Origin: Oligoflexales bacterium
GTDB taxonomy: Bacteria > Bdellovibrionota_B > Oligoflexia > Oligoflexales > RGVZ01
Reading direction: 5' to 3'
Assembly: GCA_044236265.1 (NCBI GenBank)
Contig: JBIIGV010000035.1
Span: 1-24,843 of the forward strand
Length of the DNA stretch: 24,843 nucleotides
Both the position numbers and the translations under genes were made by a program. Position 1 is the first letter of the stretch, and every line of letters starts with the position of its first letter. The notes under the pieces are model-generated. The model had not been told where the DNA came from and did no database searches. It saw only the letters and a list, made by a program, of their open reading frames with translations. Positions 1 through 7,405 of the stretch are shown one piece after another.

Positions 1-180
1 AAGACCGGCTCCTGATTCAATACTCACGTCAAAGCCTAGCTTTTGGAAAGCGGCTATATTCGCAGGAGCAATGGCGACCCGCCGCTCTCCGCTGAAGGAC
101 TCCTTAGGAATTGCCAGCCTTCGCCGGGGCTGGTTCGACACAGATTCTCGGTTTATCGCATTGGCAGTAGCATCAGTCAT
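1..180 (-). CDS. pntA: NAD(P) transhydrogenase subunit alpha, N-terminal 60 aa (runs off the left edge)
   Basis: Not in the ORF track. Manual translation from ATG at 180 gives MTDATANAINRESVSNQPRRRLAIPKESFSGERRVAIAPANIAAFQKLGFDVSIESGAGL, matching the AlaDh/PNT N-terminal signature (IPKE..GE.RVA..P......KLGF.V.VESGAG). AGGA lies upstream. Alanine dehydrogenase shares this fold, but KLGF points to PntA. Confidence 0.85.
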   Translation of the reverse strand, partial: MTDATANAINRESVSNQPRRRLAIPKESFSGERRVAIAPANIAAFQKLGFDVSIESGAGL

Positions 181-354
181 AATCTTGCACATCCTGAACT
201 AGTTGTTTGGGATTTCTGAGCTTTATTATCACATAGTTAGAAGACTTCGGCATAGCCAGAGTTCTCATAAAGCAGCACCTGGTTAGTCAATCATTTTTAG
301 AAAAGATCCAATTTTGATCGCTATCGAATATGAAAACGGCGTCTTAGGGATGAA

Positions 355-1203
355 TTAACCGGGTAGAACAAACCCGCGCTTAACCTCGCGAACATGCAAA
401 TCATCGATCTGGACCAATGCCAGCATAATGGCCTCCTCGACTCCTTGTCCCGATGTCAATGTAGCAAAAGATTTCAAATCATCGACAGGCAGACCAGTTA
501 AGGATGTCATCCACCATTGACGCGGCAGATGAACAAAAACACCGTCGAAAGGGACATCATTAAAAAATTCACTGGCTTTTTGCCAAAAGCCTCGCGAACA
601 ATTTTTATTTATCTCTTGAGACCCTTCAACCCAATGATCATGATTCCTTAACGGCAGATGAATTCGTCCTCCCATCCAAAGGATTCTTTCAACCGGACGA
701 TCATCCTGCAACCATTTAGGCATCGCTCGACGTAATTGAACCGATCTCATCTTGTTTAGCTTCAAATCCAAACGATCCTGGCCCCCGGGCCCAACGTACC
801 GACTAAGACCTTGACCCGAAAATGGCGTGTATAGGAAAAATTTCATCGAATATTCGATGTGCATCAGTCTATGAGGTGTCACAACGATAAAATCTAGTTC
901 ACCACCATCCTCATGCCGTACGCTGTGAAGAACCTCTGAGAATGGCAATGAAATCTGTAAGGCTGCCAAGAAAACCCTCTCAAACCACTTACCAAGCGGT
1001 AGCCGAGGCTCTGGTCGTGATACAATCCTCAAAAGTCGGTCACTGTGTAGCCTCAAAAATCTTTCGACACTCTTACGCATAGTCGCCTGAAGTGATTCAG
1101 CAACATCGGACGATATCAATAACGGATCATGAACGATCGACAGCATATCACGTCGAACTTTCTCAAAAAAAAGATTGTCGTCCATATTGATATCAAACTT
1201 CAA
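355..1203 (-). CDS. DUF1853 family protein (PD-(D/E)XK-like fold)
   Basis: Motifs LGKWFE, GELDFIV, HIEYSMKFFL and YVGPGGQDRLDLKL match the DUF1853 pattern (LG.YFE / GE.DF / H.E.A.KFYL / W.GP...D.L..K). TTG start with GGAG 6 nt upstream, 15 nt after the receptor stop. Confidence 0.8.
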   Translation of the reverse strand: MKFDINMDDNLFFEKVRRDMLSIVHDPLLISSDVAESLQATMRKSVERFLRLHSDRLLRIVSRPEPRLPLGKWFERVFLAALQISLPFSEVLHSVRHEDGGELDFIVVTPHRLMHIEYSMKFFLYTPFSGQGLSRYVGPGGQDRLDLKLNKMRSVQLRRAMPKWLQDDRPVERILWMGGRIHLPLRNHDHWVEGSQEINKNCSRGFWQKASEFFNDVPFDGVFVHLPRQWWMTSLTGLPVDDLKSFATLTSGQGVEEAIMLALVQIDDLHVREVKRGFVLPG

Positions 1204-1218
1204 TTGACGCTCCGGAAA

Positions 1219-3201
1219 TCAAATTCCAACAGAAAAACTGGCTAGCCAAGATCGCCCCGGCAATGGATCACCATTATAGTGACTGAACGCCATCCGCCCA
1301 TCTGGCTTATTGGTAACAGTATCTCTAATGGAGCGGTATGCAACATTCGTAAGATTTGTGACAGCCAAGCCCGCCTTCCAGTCTTGATTTGGAGCAATAT
1401 AATCTACTGAAACATCGTGTGTTACAGTCCACATGAGTTCCCGTGTGTTGCTCACGTCATGATACATGCGACCAATGAATTGACTGACTGTCCGTAAAAC
1501 TGCCTGAGGAAAAATCTCCCATCGACCACCAACGACACCTTGCCAAAAAGGCATCCAAGGGACAATCAAGCCGCTCTCCGCTTGATTAGCCCGCATCCAA
1601 CTGAGCGCCGCCTCGAGGCCAGCATAATCTGTACCTATATCTAATCGAGACTCCAGACCCAGAAAATGCTGGCGACCAGCATTCCTGGCACGCCACCTGA
1701 CTGGTGATACCCGATCAATGCGGATCACCTCGTCGTTACGTCTCGACCAAATCGCAAAATTCAAAATAGTTTTAACCTCAGAAAACAGATCACGATAAAA
1801 ACGACTTCCAAACTCAATCGCCGAGGCGACCTCCGGACGCAACTCTTGGGCACCTTCAATTTGCCCTCCATCACCAATCCGCTCCAGAAGACTCGCAGGG
1901 CGACTGTATTTGGCAAACTGGGCATACAATAAAAAACCTTCTATAAATCGACTCCATGCAATAGATGCGCTACCCGACGGCTTACCGCCCGACAGCTGAG
2001 AATCATCTCCTGAGATATTTGACGTGACACTTGTCAGCCATTGAGACCCTGCTTTCAATTCAATTGTCTGGTCTTCTCTGGCTTTAATACGCGTTCCAAG
2101 AAACAATTTGTAACCGGAAGCTTTTGGCGAAAAGTAGTCACCCTCATAGGTGCTTGCGAGCTTCGTTCGTGAGTCTTGGCGCTCAGCACTTCCAATCGTT
2201 GAAAATGCTAACGAATCATGCCCCAAGGTAAAACGCGTCCTTAAAGACTCAGTTTCCAAATCTCGTCTAGTGGCGAAGCCGAGACTCTGATCAGGATCCT
2301 TTAACGTTCGTTTAGCCGCAAATCCTCCAGCGTCAAACCCCATCCAAATTGAATCAGAAATGTCCTGCCGATATGCTGCGGTCATGACTCCAGTTCTAGA
2401 GGCAGAACGGGCGCGACCGGATTCTGAGATCTCGCCCAAAGATATGCCGCGTTTGCTTTCTTGAAACCATCCCAATGTTCGAGCGCGGGCACTTCCTCCC
2501 GTCCATGAAACATGAGCCAACCCCTGAGTACTTTGCTGATCGTTATTTTTCCGTTCTACGAATGCATCGTCATCAGGATTCAATATTGTATTATTATCAC
2601 TATAGTAACGATAACCTCCGGAAGATCGACTAGACCGAGCGTATAGCCCCCCAATGGAACTACTACCATGTTGAAGGGACGATCGACCCCATCCATTGGT
2701 TCCCGCCACGTCTCCAACGCTAAGACCAGCCGATAATGGAGAACGCTGGGTTCGTAATGAAAACTGAATCACCCCACCAGGATCCAAAACAGGCACATTC
2801 CAAGGAGAAACACCCTTGTGAATCATCATTCCACCGAAAGCCCGCAAATCGACATCATCAATCATTGGCAGACCAGAATAGGGATCTTGCAACTCCATAT
2901 CATCCACGAAAACATGACTGGATCGAGCGTCTTGACCGCGGAAAAGTGGAAGTGTAAAGCCAGTGGTCCGTCCAGCTCCACTCATCTGCATTGATGGATC
3001 TGTCTTAAAATAATTTTGCGTGTCAAATCGGGTTTCGCCGGAGGGGCTAATCACAACAGACTGTCCCGGCCTATTAACGTCTCTACGCTCATTGACAGCG
3101 CCCCGTATGAATACCTCTTGAGTGTCAGCAAAGACTGTTGCTGTAAACCACGAATGTTCAAATGCAATGAGAAGCATCAAAAGCAAGAGATTTCTATTCA
3201 T
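1219..3201 (-). CDS. TonB-dependent outer-membrane receptor, BtuB/cobalamin-siderophore type
   Basis: Signal peptide; TonB-box-like QEVFIRG; plug motifs FRGQ...VFVDD, MIHKG and GGVIQF; amphipathic beta-strands; C-terminal VTNLTN...PGRSWLASFSVGI. Start moved to ATG 3201 (GGAG 7 nt upstream), which overlaps the upstream gene end by 8 nt. Substrate is inferred from the neighbouring BtuF-like gene. Confidence 0.88.
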   Translation of the reverse strand: MNRNLLLLMLLIAFEHSWFTATVFADTQEVFIRGAVNERRDVNRPGQSVVISPSGETRFDTQNYFKTDPSMQMSGAGRTTGFTLPLFRGQDARSSHVFVDDMELQDPYSGLPMIDDVDLRAFGGMMIHKGVSPWNVPVLDPGGVIQFSLRTQRSPLSAGLSVGDVAGTNGWGRSSLQHGSSSIGGLYARSSRSSGGYRYYSDNNTILNPDDDAFVERKNNDQQSTQGLAHVSWTGGSARARTLGWFQESKRGISLGEISESGRARSASRTGVMTAAYRQDISDSIWMGFDAGGFAAKRTLKDPDQSLGFATRRDLETESLRTRFTLGHDSLAFSTIGSAERQDSRTKLASTYEGDYFSPKASGYKLFLGTRIKAREDQTIELKAGSQWLTSVTSNISGDDSQLSGGKPSGSASIAWSRFIEGFLLYAQFAKYSRPASLLERIGDGGQIEGAQELRPEVASAIEFGSRFYRDLFSEVKTILNFAIWSRRNDEVIRIDRVSPVRWRARNAGRQHFLGLESRLDIGTDYAGLEAALSWMRANQAESGLIVPWMPFWQGVVGGRWEIFPQAVLRTVSQFIGRMYHDVSNTRELMWTVTHDVSVDYIAPNQDWKAGLAVTNLTNVAYRSIRDTVTNKPDGRMAFSHYNGDPLPGRSWLASFSVGI

Positions 3202-4357
3202 CAACAAGCTCCATCCCCGTTACGGGGAATGGAAGGTCGATTTTTGATAAGGATTGCAAATCTGAATTTAAAATGTGTAACTCACTGCTCTTGGCGGAGG
3301 ACTTTACAACGAAAACTCGCGATCCATCTTTATCCGGATAAAACGGCCCACAAGACGTCATTCCCGTATCCCAAGTTTTTTCAATTAAACCACTGACAAC
3401 GCTGATCGACACGATCTTTGCGTTCGGATGGCTATCTTGCTTTAGGCAAAGTAAAACCTTTTGGGACGATGGCCCTGAGACCATCGGTCCAATAGATTCA
3501 TAACCACTGGGAAGATCGAATAAATGCTGAACGGTTCTGCTATCAGTGTCGAATGCATCGACCCCCGCCACACAACTGGCTCCCATAGATTGGTAGCATA
3601 TGCCACCAATTAAAACGACGCGATCCTGACTTTTAAATGCCAATACAGGATTGGATACGTTCAATAAAATTCCTTGCGTTCCTGCCGATGTGGGACTTTG
3701 ATCAACCCAACCCCACGAACCGTCTTTCGATTGACGCGCAGTAAAAAGTCTTCCCGGTCCAGTCGCCTTCCAATTATCTCCAAGATGTTGATGAAGCACC
3801 CAAAGATCTCCGTCAATTGTTGTCATGGTTCCAGGCCTAAATGGCACGGCCTGGTCGCCCGTGTCGACCGCCCCCAAATCACTCGTTGCAGATGGATTTG
3901 ACAACAAATTTGAGATCATAACCTTATGAGCCGAACCCATAGCAAGCGCGAGTGTTCCCTGCCCCAAAGCGAGCAATTCAGATGGATCGCCCGTCTGGGC
4001 CATTGGGGTTCTACGCTCGACGGAACGGGATGTAGCCCCCTCTTTTGGACTAACATGACTGTAACTAACACGACCAGAGGACCTGTTAAATATCCACAGT
4101 CGCTTAAATTGCCATCGCGTTAAAACATCTCCACTTTCACCAGCAGCCAGTGGCTTCACGACGCCTGTGATAAAGTCATAAAAGTAGATGTCACTTGAAG
4201 AGTACGAGACGTCTGCACTCGTAAAAACTAAACCCGTGACCGAGGACGACACTGGAGTCTGTCCCACACTACCATCAAAAAGACGCGGTCGCGGCAGGGG
4301 ACCACAAGCAACTAATAAAGCAAATATGTAGGCACAAATTGACAATGGCGAGATCAC
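3194..4357 (-). CDS. Lipoprotein, probable beta-propeller, partner of the TonB-dependent receptor (BtuG-like role)
   Basis: Lipobox LVA-C at residue 18; GTG start with GGGAG 5 nt upstream; repeated short beta-strand blades (LWIFNR, LWVLHQ, VFVVKS); translationally coupled to the receptor. Confidence 0.65.
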   Translation of the reverse strand: MISPLSICAYIFALLVACGPLPRPRLFDGSVGQTPVSSSVTGLVFTSADVSYSSSDIYFYDFITGVVKPLAAGESGDVLTRWQFKRLWIFNRSSGRVSYSHVSPKEGATSRSVERRTPMAQTGDPSELLALGQGTLALAMGSAHKVMISNLLSNPSATSDLGAVDTGDQAVPFRPGTMTTIDGDLWVLHQHLGDNWKATGPGRLFTARQSKDGSWGWVDQSPTSAGTQGILLNVSNPVLAFKSQDRVVLIGGICYQSMGASCVAGVDAFDTDSRTVQHLFDLPSGYESIGPMVSGPSSQKVLLCLKQDSHPNAKIVSISVVSGLIEKTWDTGMTSCGPFYPDKDGSRVFVVKSSAKSSELHILNSDLQSLSKIDLPFPVTGMELVDE

Positions 4358-4372
4358 ATAGTCTCCCTGACT

Positions 4373-4439
4373 CTACTCAAACCAGCAATCCAGCCGCATG
4401 TTACTGCCATGCGGCAGAACTGGAAGGTTTTTCAAGTAG
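4373..4439 (-). promoter_or_regulatory. Extended imperfect RNA stem-loop upstream of the lipoprotein RBS
   Basis: Nested minus-strand helices: CTACTT/GAGTAG, AAACC/GGTTT, TCCA/TGGA and GCCGCATG/CATGCGGC (7-nt loop). No U-tail follows. Confidence 0.5.
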
Positions 4440-4505
4440 TAAAGACATTGTGAAATGGAACCTTGGAGGAGGCAATGGTTTTCTATGTTGGTTGCTGAAA
4501 ACTGA

Positions 4506-4910
4506 TTATTCCTCATCCGCTCGATCAATGATTCGCCCGATTAATTTCAGATTCTTGATAAAACTTTGATGCCGCTTCCGAATATCTTCAAAAGCTGTCA
4601 CTTGTGACGCATGAACCGAAACCTCTCGATCATGTAGAGCCTCCATCCCGGCAGCACCAAAATCAGTGCCTCCAGGCTTTTCTGCCTGCGCCATGACGCC
4701 CTCATGGACAGAAATCTGAGTTTCATGATCAAAAATATGGCGTTCAAAATTTTCAAGTTCCGATTGTAATTGCGAGTACACTAATTCAAGGTCTTTTGCC
4801 AAAGATAAAGCCAAACGGTGTTCGGATTTCCACACTTTTACCTCATCCAGCCAAAATGCGTGTTCTGACTGCCATCGACTATGATCCTGATGCTCATCCA
4901 AATGACTCAT
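4506..4910 (-). CDS. Hypothetical helical protein with heptad-spaced His/Trp, possibly metal-binding
   Basis: 134 aa with 11 His; AAGGA RBS; no signal peptide; WxSEH occurs twice, 14 residues apart. Confidence 0.8.
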   Translation of the reverse strand: MSHLDEHQDHSRWQSEHAFWLDEVKVWKSEHRLALSLAKDLELVYSQLQSELENFERHIFDHETQISVHEGVMAQAEKPGGTDFGAAGMEALHDREVSVHASQVTAFEDIRKRHQSFIKNLKLIGRIIDRADEE

Positions 4911-4966
4911 AAATTAATCCTTTCGACTTATATCCAAAATTTTGGCCACTAAACGATCCAGATGTC

Positions 4967-4983
4967 AGCAAACCTTGTGCCAA
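4967..4983 (-). promoter_or_regulatory. Sigma54 (RpoN) -24/-12 promoter for the His-rich gene
   Basis: Minus strand TTGGCAC-AAGGT-TTGCT with exact GG-N10-GC spacing, about 57 nt upstream of ATG 4910. Confidence 0.8.
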
Positions 4984-5060
4984 GGAGAAAAATCGAAACC
5001 ACACAAAAATAATTGATGATGCCCTCCGAGCATTAATGTTTCATTGAAAAGCGCATTGTG

Positions 5061-5089
5061 TTGAGACGATCAAGACAACCGACTATACT
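5061..5089 (+). promoter_or_regulatory. Sigma70-type promoter for the BtuF-like gene
   Basis: TTGAGA-N17-TATACT, 5/6 match in each box; the ATG follows after 7 nt. Confidence 0.65.
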
Positions 5090-5096
5090 GCTCTGC

Positions 5097-5954
5097 ATGA
5101 TCAAATTTGCACACATCACAGTCTTATCACTCGTTTTTCTATCCTCAAGGTCCTTCTGCCATGACCTTAAGAGCCCGTATCGTATTGCATCACTTTCCCT
5201 AGCAAGCGATGAAATTTTGTTGGATCTATTGCCCTCTTGTGGAGGCGTGTCAAGACTCATAGCGTTATCAACTCTTTCAGAAGACCCATCCATGAGTAGC
5301 GTGACACAAAAGGCTCATCAGATAAAAGGTCGTGTCCACTCAGAACCCGAGAGTCTTTTTGCCTTGAAGCCAGATCTCGTCATCGCTGCGACTTTTAATC
5401 GTCCCGAGCTACTGAAAATGACCACTGCAAGAAATATCCCTCTCTTGACACTCACTCGTTTCACCTCAGCTGAAGATATCGCCCATAACATTGAACAGAT
5501 CGGATCTATTATAGGCTGCAAAGACAAGGCAATCCTCATGAAGCAGGACTTTCTTCGTAAAGCATCGGCGGTCACGAAGAGCGGTCCGCGCCCTACTCTT
5601 CTTCTTTACGATCCTGATCTTGTCATCATGGGACAAGGAACACTATTCGACGACTTGGCGGCCAGAGCTGGAGCATCTAACGTGGCCTCAACAAACGGTG
5701 TCAAGTCATGGCCGAAATTAGACGCTGAGGCGCTGCTTGGCATGAATCCTGACGCGATTGTGGTGCTTGGCTCCGACTCCGCCTCTGCACGTTCTACAAT
5801 AAAAAATCACCCCGCATGGGGTAGACTGAATGCGGTAAAGAAGGGAAAAATGATTTTTCTGACGTCAAGAACTGCGCAGAGCACATCGCATTATTTCGCG
5901 GACGCGGTAAATGAACTTCGAAGTCAAATATCAAAAATTAATTTATCTAAGTGA
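5097..5954 (+). CDS. Periplasmic cobalamin/Fe-siderophore ABC substrate-binding protein (BtuF-like, helical-backbone family)
   Basis: Motifs RIASLSLASDEILLDL, EPESLFALKPDLVI, GQGTLFDDL...AGASN, EALLGMNPDAIV and HPAWGRLNAVKKGK. Signal peptide begins at M 5097. No btuC/btuD in the window. Confidence 0.85.
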   Translation: MIKFAHITVLSLVFLSSRSFCHDLKSPYRIASLSLASDEILLDLLPSCGGVSRLIALSTLSEDPSMSSVTQKAHQIKGRVHSEPESLFALKPDLVIAATFNRPELLKMTTARNIPLLTLTRFTSAEDIAHNIEQIGSIIGCKDKAILMKQDFLRKASAVTKSGPRPTLLLYDPDLVIMGQGTLFDDLAARAGASNVASTNGVKSWPKLDAEALLGMNPDAIVVLGSDSASARSTIKNHPAWGRLNAVKKGKMIFLTSRTAQSTSHYFADAVNELRSQISKINLSK

Positions 5955-5976
5955 AACACCGTCGATGTGTGCGTTT

Positions 5977-6013
5977 TTGCGTTTTCAAAACTCGGAATTT
6001 CAACGCAATTTTT
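5977..6013. terminator. Possible weak hairpin/terminator between the convergent BtuF-like and caspase genes
   Basis: TTGCGTT (5977-5983) and AACGCAA (6002-6008) form an inverted repeat followed by TTTTT. The loop is large. Confidence 0.3.
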
Positions 6014-7193
6014 ATCGCGCGGTCAATTTCACAGCAATAGCATCAATAGCCCGGCCGCTGGCATCTCGCACAACGGCAGTAACAACATCCCCAGCAGCCA
6101 GCAAAACATGCCTTTCAGCTCGGTAAATCTGACGATCTGGGATTTTCATTTCGTTAGCTGAAATGAAAGCAGTCAGTTTTTGACCATTTCCAGAGGAACA
6201 TGCGACTTTATCACCTCTGCACAATTCTACCGTGCCTACCGCCATATTTGCCGGAAGGGATGCAAAGATCATCGAATCACCTGCCAAAACCTCGCCTAAG
6301 GCCATAAAGATACCGGCATTGGTTTGGGGGGATGGAGAGATGCTGCTGAGAGATTCGGTGAGAATATTTTCTGGCATCGCCTTCCACACCGGGGTATGGC
6401 TACCCCCAGTTTGTCGACGGGTTTCCGACTTCGACTCTTCTAAAAGCTGACTGAGAGTGTACTGTTGATTGGACCCAAAACCTCTTTTTAGCATTTTACG
6501 CCATGAAGACGTGAAGGCTCCGCCAATAGAAGATCCAAAATCAAGGGAGGTCTGATTGCGCTGAGATGCCGCAACTACTAGGGCTTGTTCAAACGGCAAG
6601 TCAGAGTTTGATTTTGGCTTAAGGTCCGCAGTCATCATTCCGAGAGATGTACTGAGCATCTCCTGCTCTGACTTCGCTTGCCCTGTCATGAACATGGACT
6701 CATTTCCATCCACATTTTGACCGCTAAAACAACTATCCATCACGGCAATAAAACGCTTAAATTTCCCACCAGGCGCAGCATCGCCCAACCGCTTGACAAC
6801 ACTTTTGAGCCTAAATGTCTGGTAACCTTGACCAATCAAAACTCCACTTTCTGCCCCATGACCGGAGTAGTAAAAGAATACGGTTGAGTTTGCACTCAGC
6901 AGCTTCCCCACCTCACTGGCAGCATCCAGAGCTTGAGACGCAGACGCGGGACTGACGACTTTGATTTCATAACCAAGATTTGACTCACGCAGCATTTTAG
7001 AAACTTCTGCGATATCCTTCGCAACACCTGGCAAATCATTGGGACTTCCAATAATCAGCGCGACGTTTTTTGCATTGCGATCGGCGGGGATTATTTTCAA
7101 ACGGCTACTGGCGTCATCCGTATTTTGCCCACAACCAACAAATGCGGTTAGAGACAGAGCAATAAGTGAAGACTTCAGAAGGCCTAACTTCAT
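6012..7193 (-). CDS. Caspase-family (peptidase C14, metacaspase/orthocaspase-like) lipoprotein with an extra C-terminal domain
   Basis: Motifs ALIIG...DLPGVAKD, FFYYSGHG (catalytic His), AVMDSCFSG (catalytic Cys) and GGAFT. Start moved to ATG 7193 (GGAGG RBS), giving signal peptide MKLGLLKSSLIALSLTAFVG-C. Confidence 0.9.
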   Translation of the reverse strand: MKLGLLKSSLIALSLTAFVGCGQNTDDASSRLKIIPADRNAKNVALIIGSPNDLPGVAKDIAEVSKMLRESNLGYEIKVVSPASASQALDAASEVGKLLSANSTVFFYYSGHGAESGVLIGQGYQTFRLKSVVKRLGDAAPGGKFKRFIAVMDSCFSGQNVDGNESMFMTGQAKSEQEMLSTSLGMMTADLKPKSNSDLPFEQALVVAASQRNQTSLDFGSSIGGAFTSSWRKMLKRGFGSNQQYTLSQLLEESKSETRRQTGGSHTPVWKAMPENILTESLSSISPSPQTNAGIFMALGEVLAGDSMIFASLPANMAVGTVELCRGDKVACSSGNGQKLTAFISANEMKIPDRQIYRAERHVLLAAGDVVTAVVRDASGRAIDAIAVKLTAR

Positions 7194-7252
7194 GGACTTT
7201 CCTCCGATTGGGGAGCGAATAGGCAACGGACACATGGGGACCCACTTGGATC

Positions 7253-7269
7253 TGCAAGCTCCAAGCCAA
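7253..7269 (-). promoter_or_regulatory. Sigma54 -24/-12 promoter for the caspase gene
   Basis: Minus strand TTGGCTT-GGAGC-TTGCA with GG-N10-GC spacing, about 60 nt upstream of ATG 7193. Confidence 0.65.
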
Positions 7270-7299
7270 GAAATATGACTTGTAATTTCGGAGCCTTAG

Positions 7300-7336
7300 C
7301 CGTCAATAGCTGTAAAACTTTTGGACAAATTGACGG
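7300..7336. promoter_or_regulatory. Inverted repeat, candidate transcription-factor site between the divergent caspase and hbd genes
   Basis: CCGTCAAT (7300-7307) and ATTGACGG (7329-7336) enclose TGT-N11-ACA (7311-7327). Confidence 0.4.
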
Positions 7337-7405
7337 AATCGTTTACATTGCAGGGTGTTGTCTAGGAAAATCCAACAATTCTCAGATATTGGAGACGGTT
7401 TAGAT

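Noticed and set aside
4384..4410. Sigma54-like sequences before the beta-propeller lipoprotein (TGGCAGTAACATGC; ATGCGGCTGGATTGCT)
   Set aside because: The first has GG-N9-GC spacing and the second lacks the -24 GG.
4361..4505. Canonical cobalamin riboswitch upstream of the receptor operon
   Set aside because: Only a B12-box-like GAGTCAGGGAGAC is present, and it doubles as the RBS. The conserved GGGAA and CCCGC-ACTGT core elements are absent. Kept only as an unexplained structured leader.
6012..7193. Caspase as part of an anti-phage system (gasdermin, CBASS, Avs or CRISPR-associated)
   Set aside because: No sensor, NTPase, gasdermin-like or cas gene is adjacent, and the protein has an export signal.
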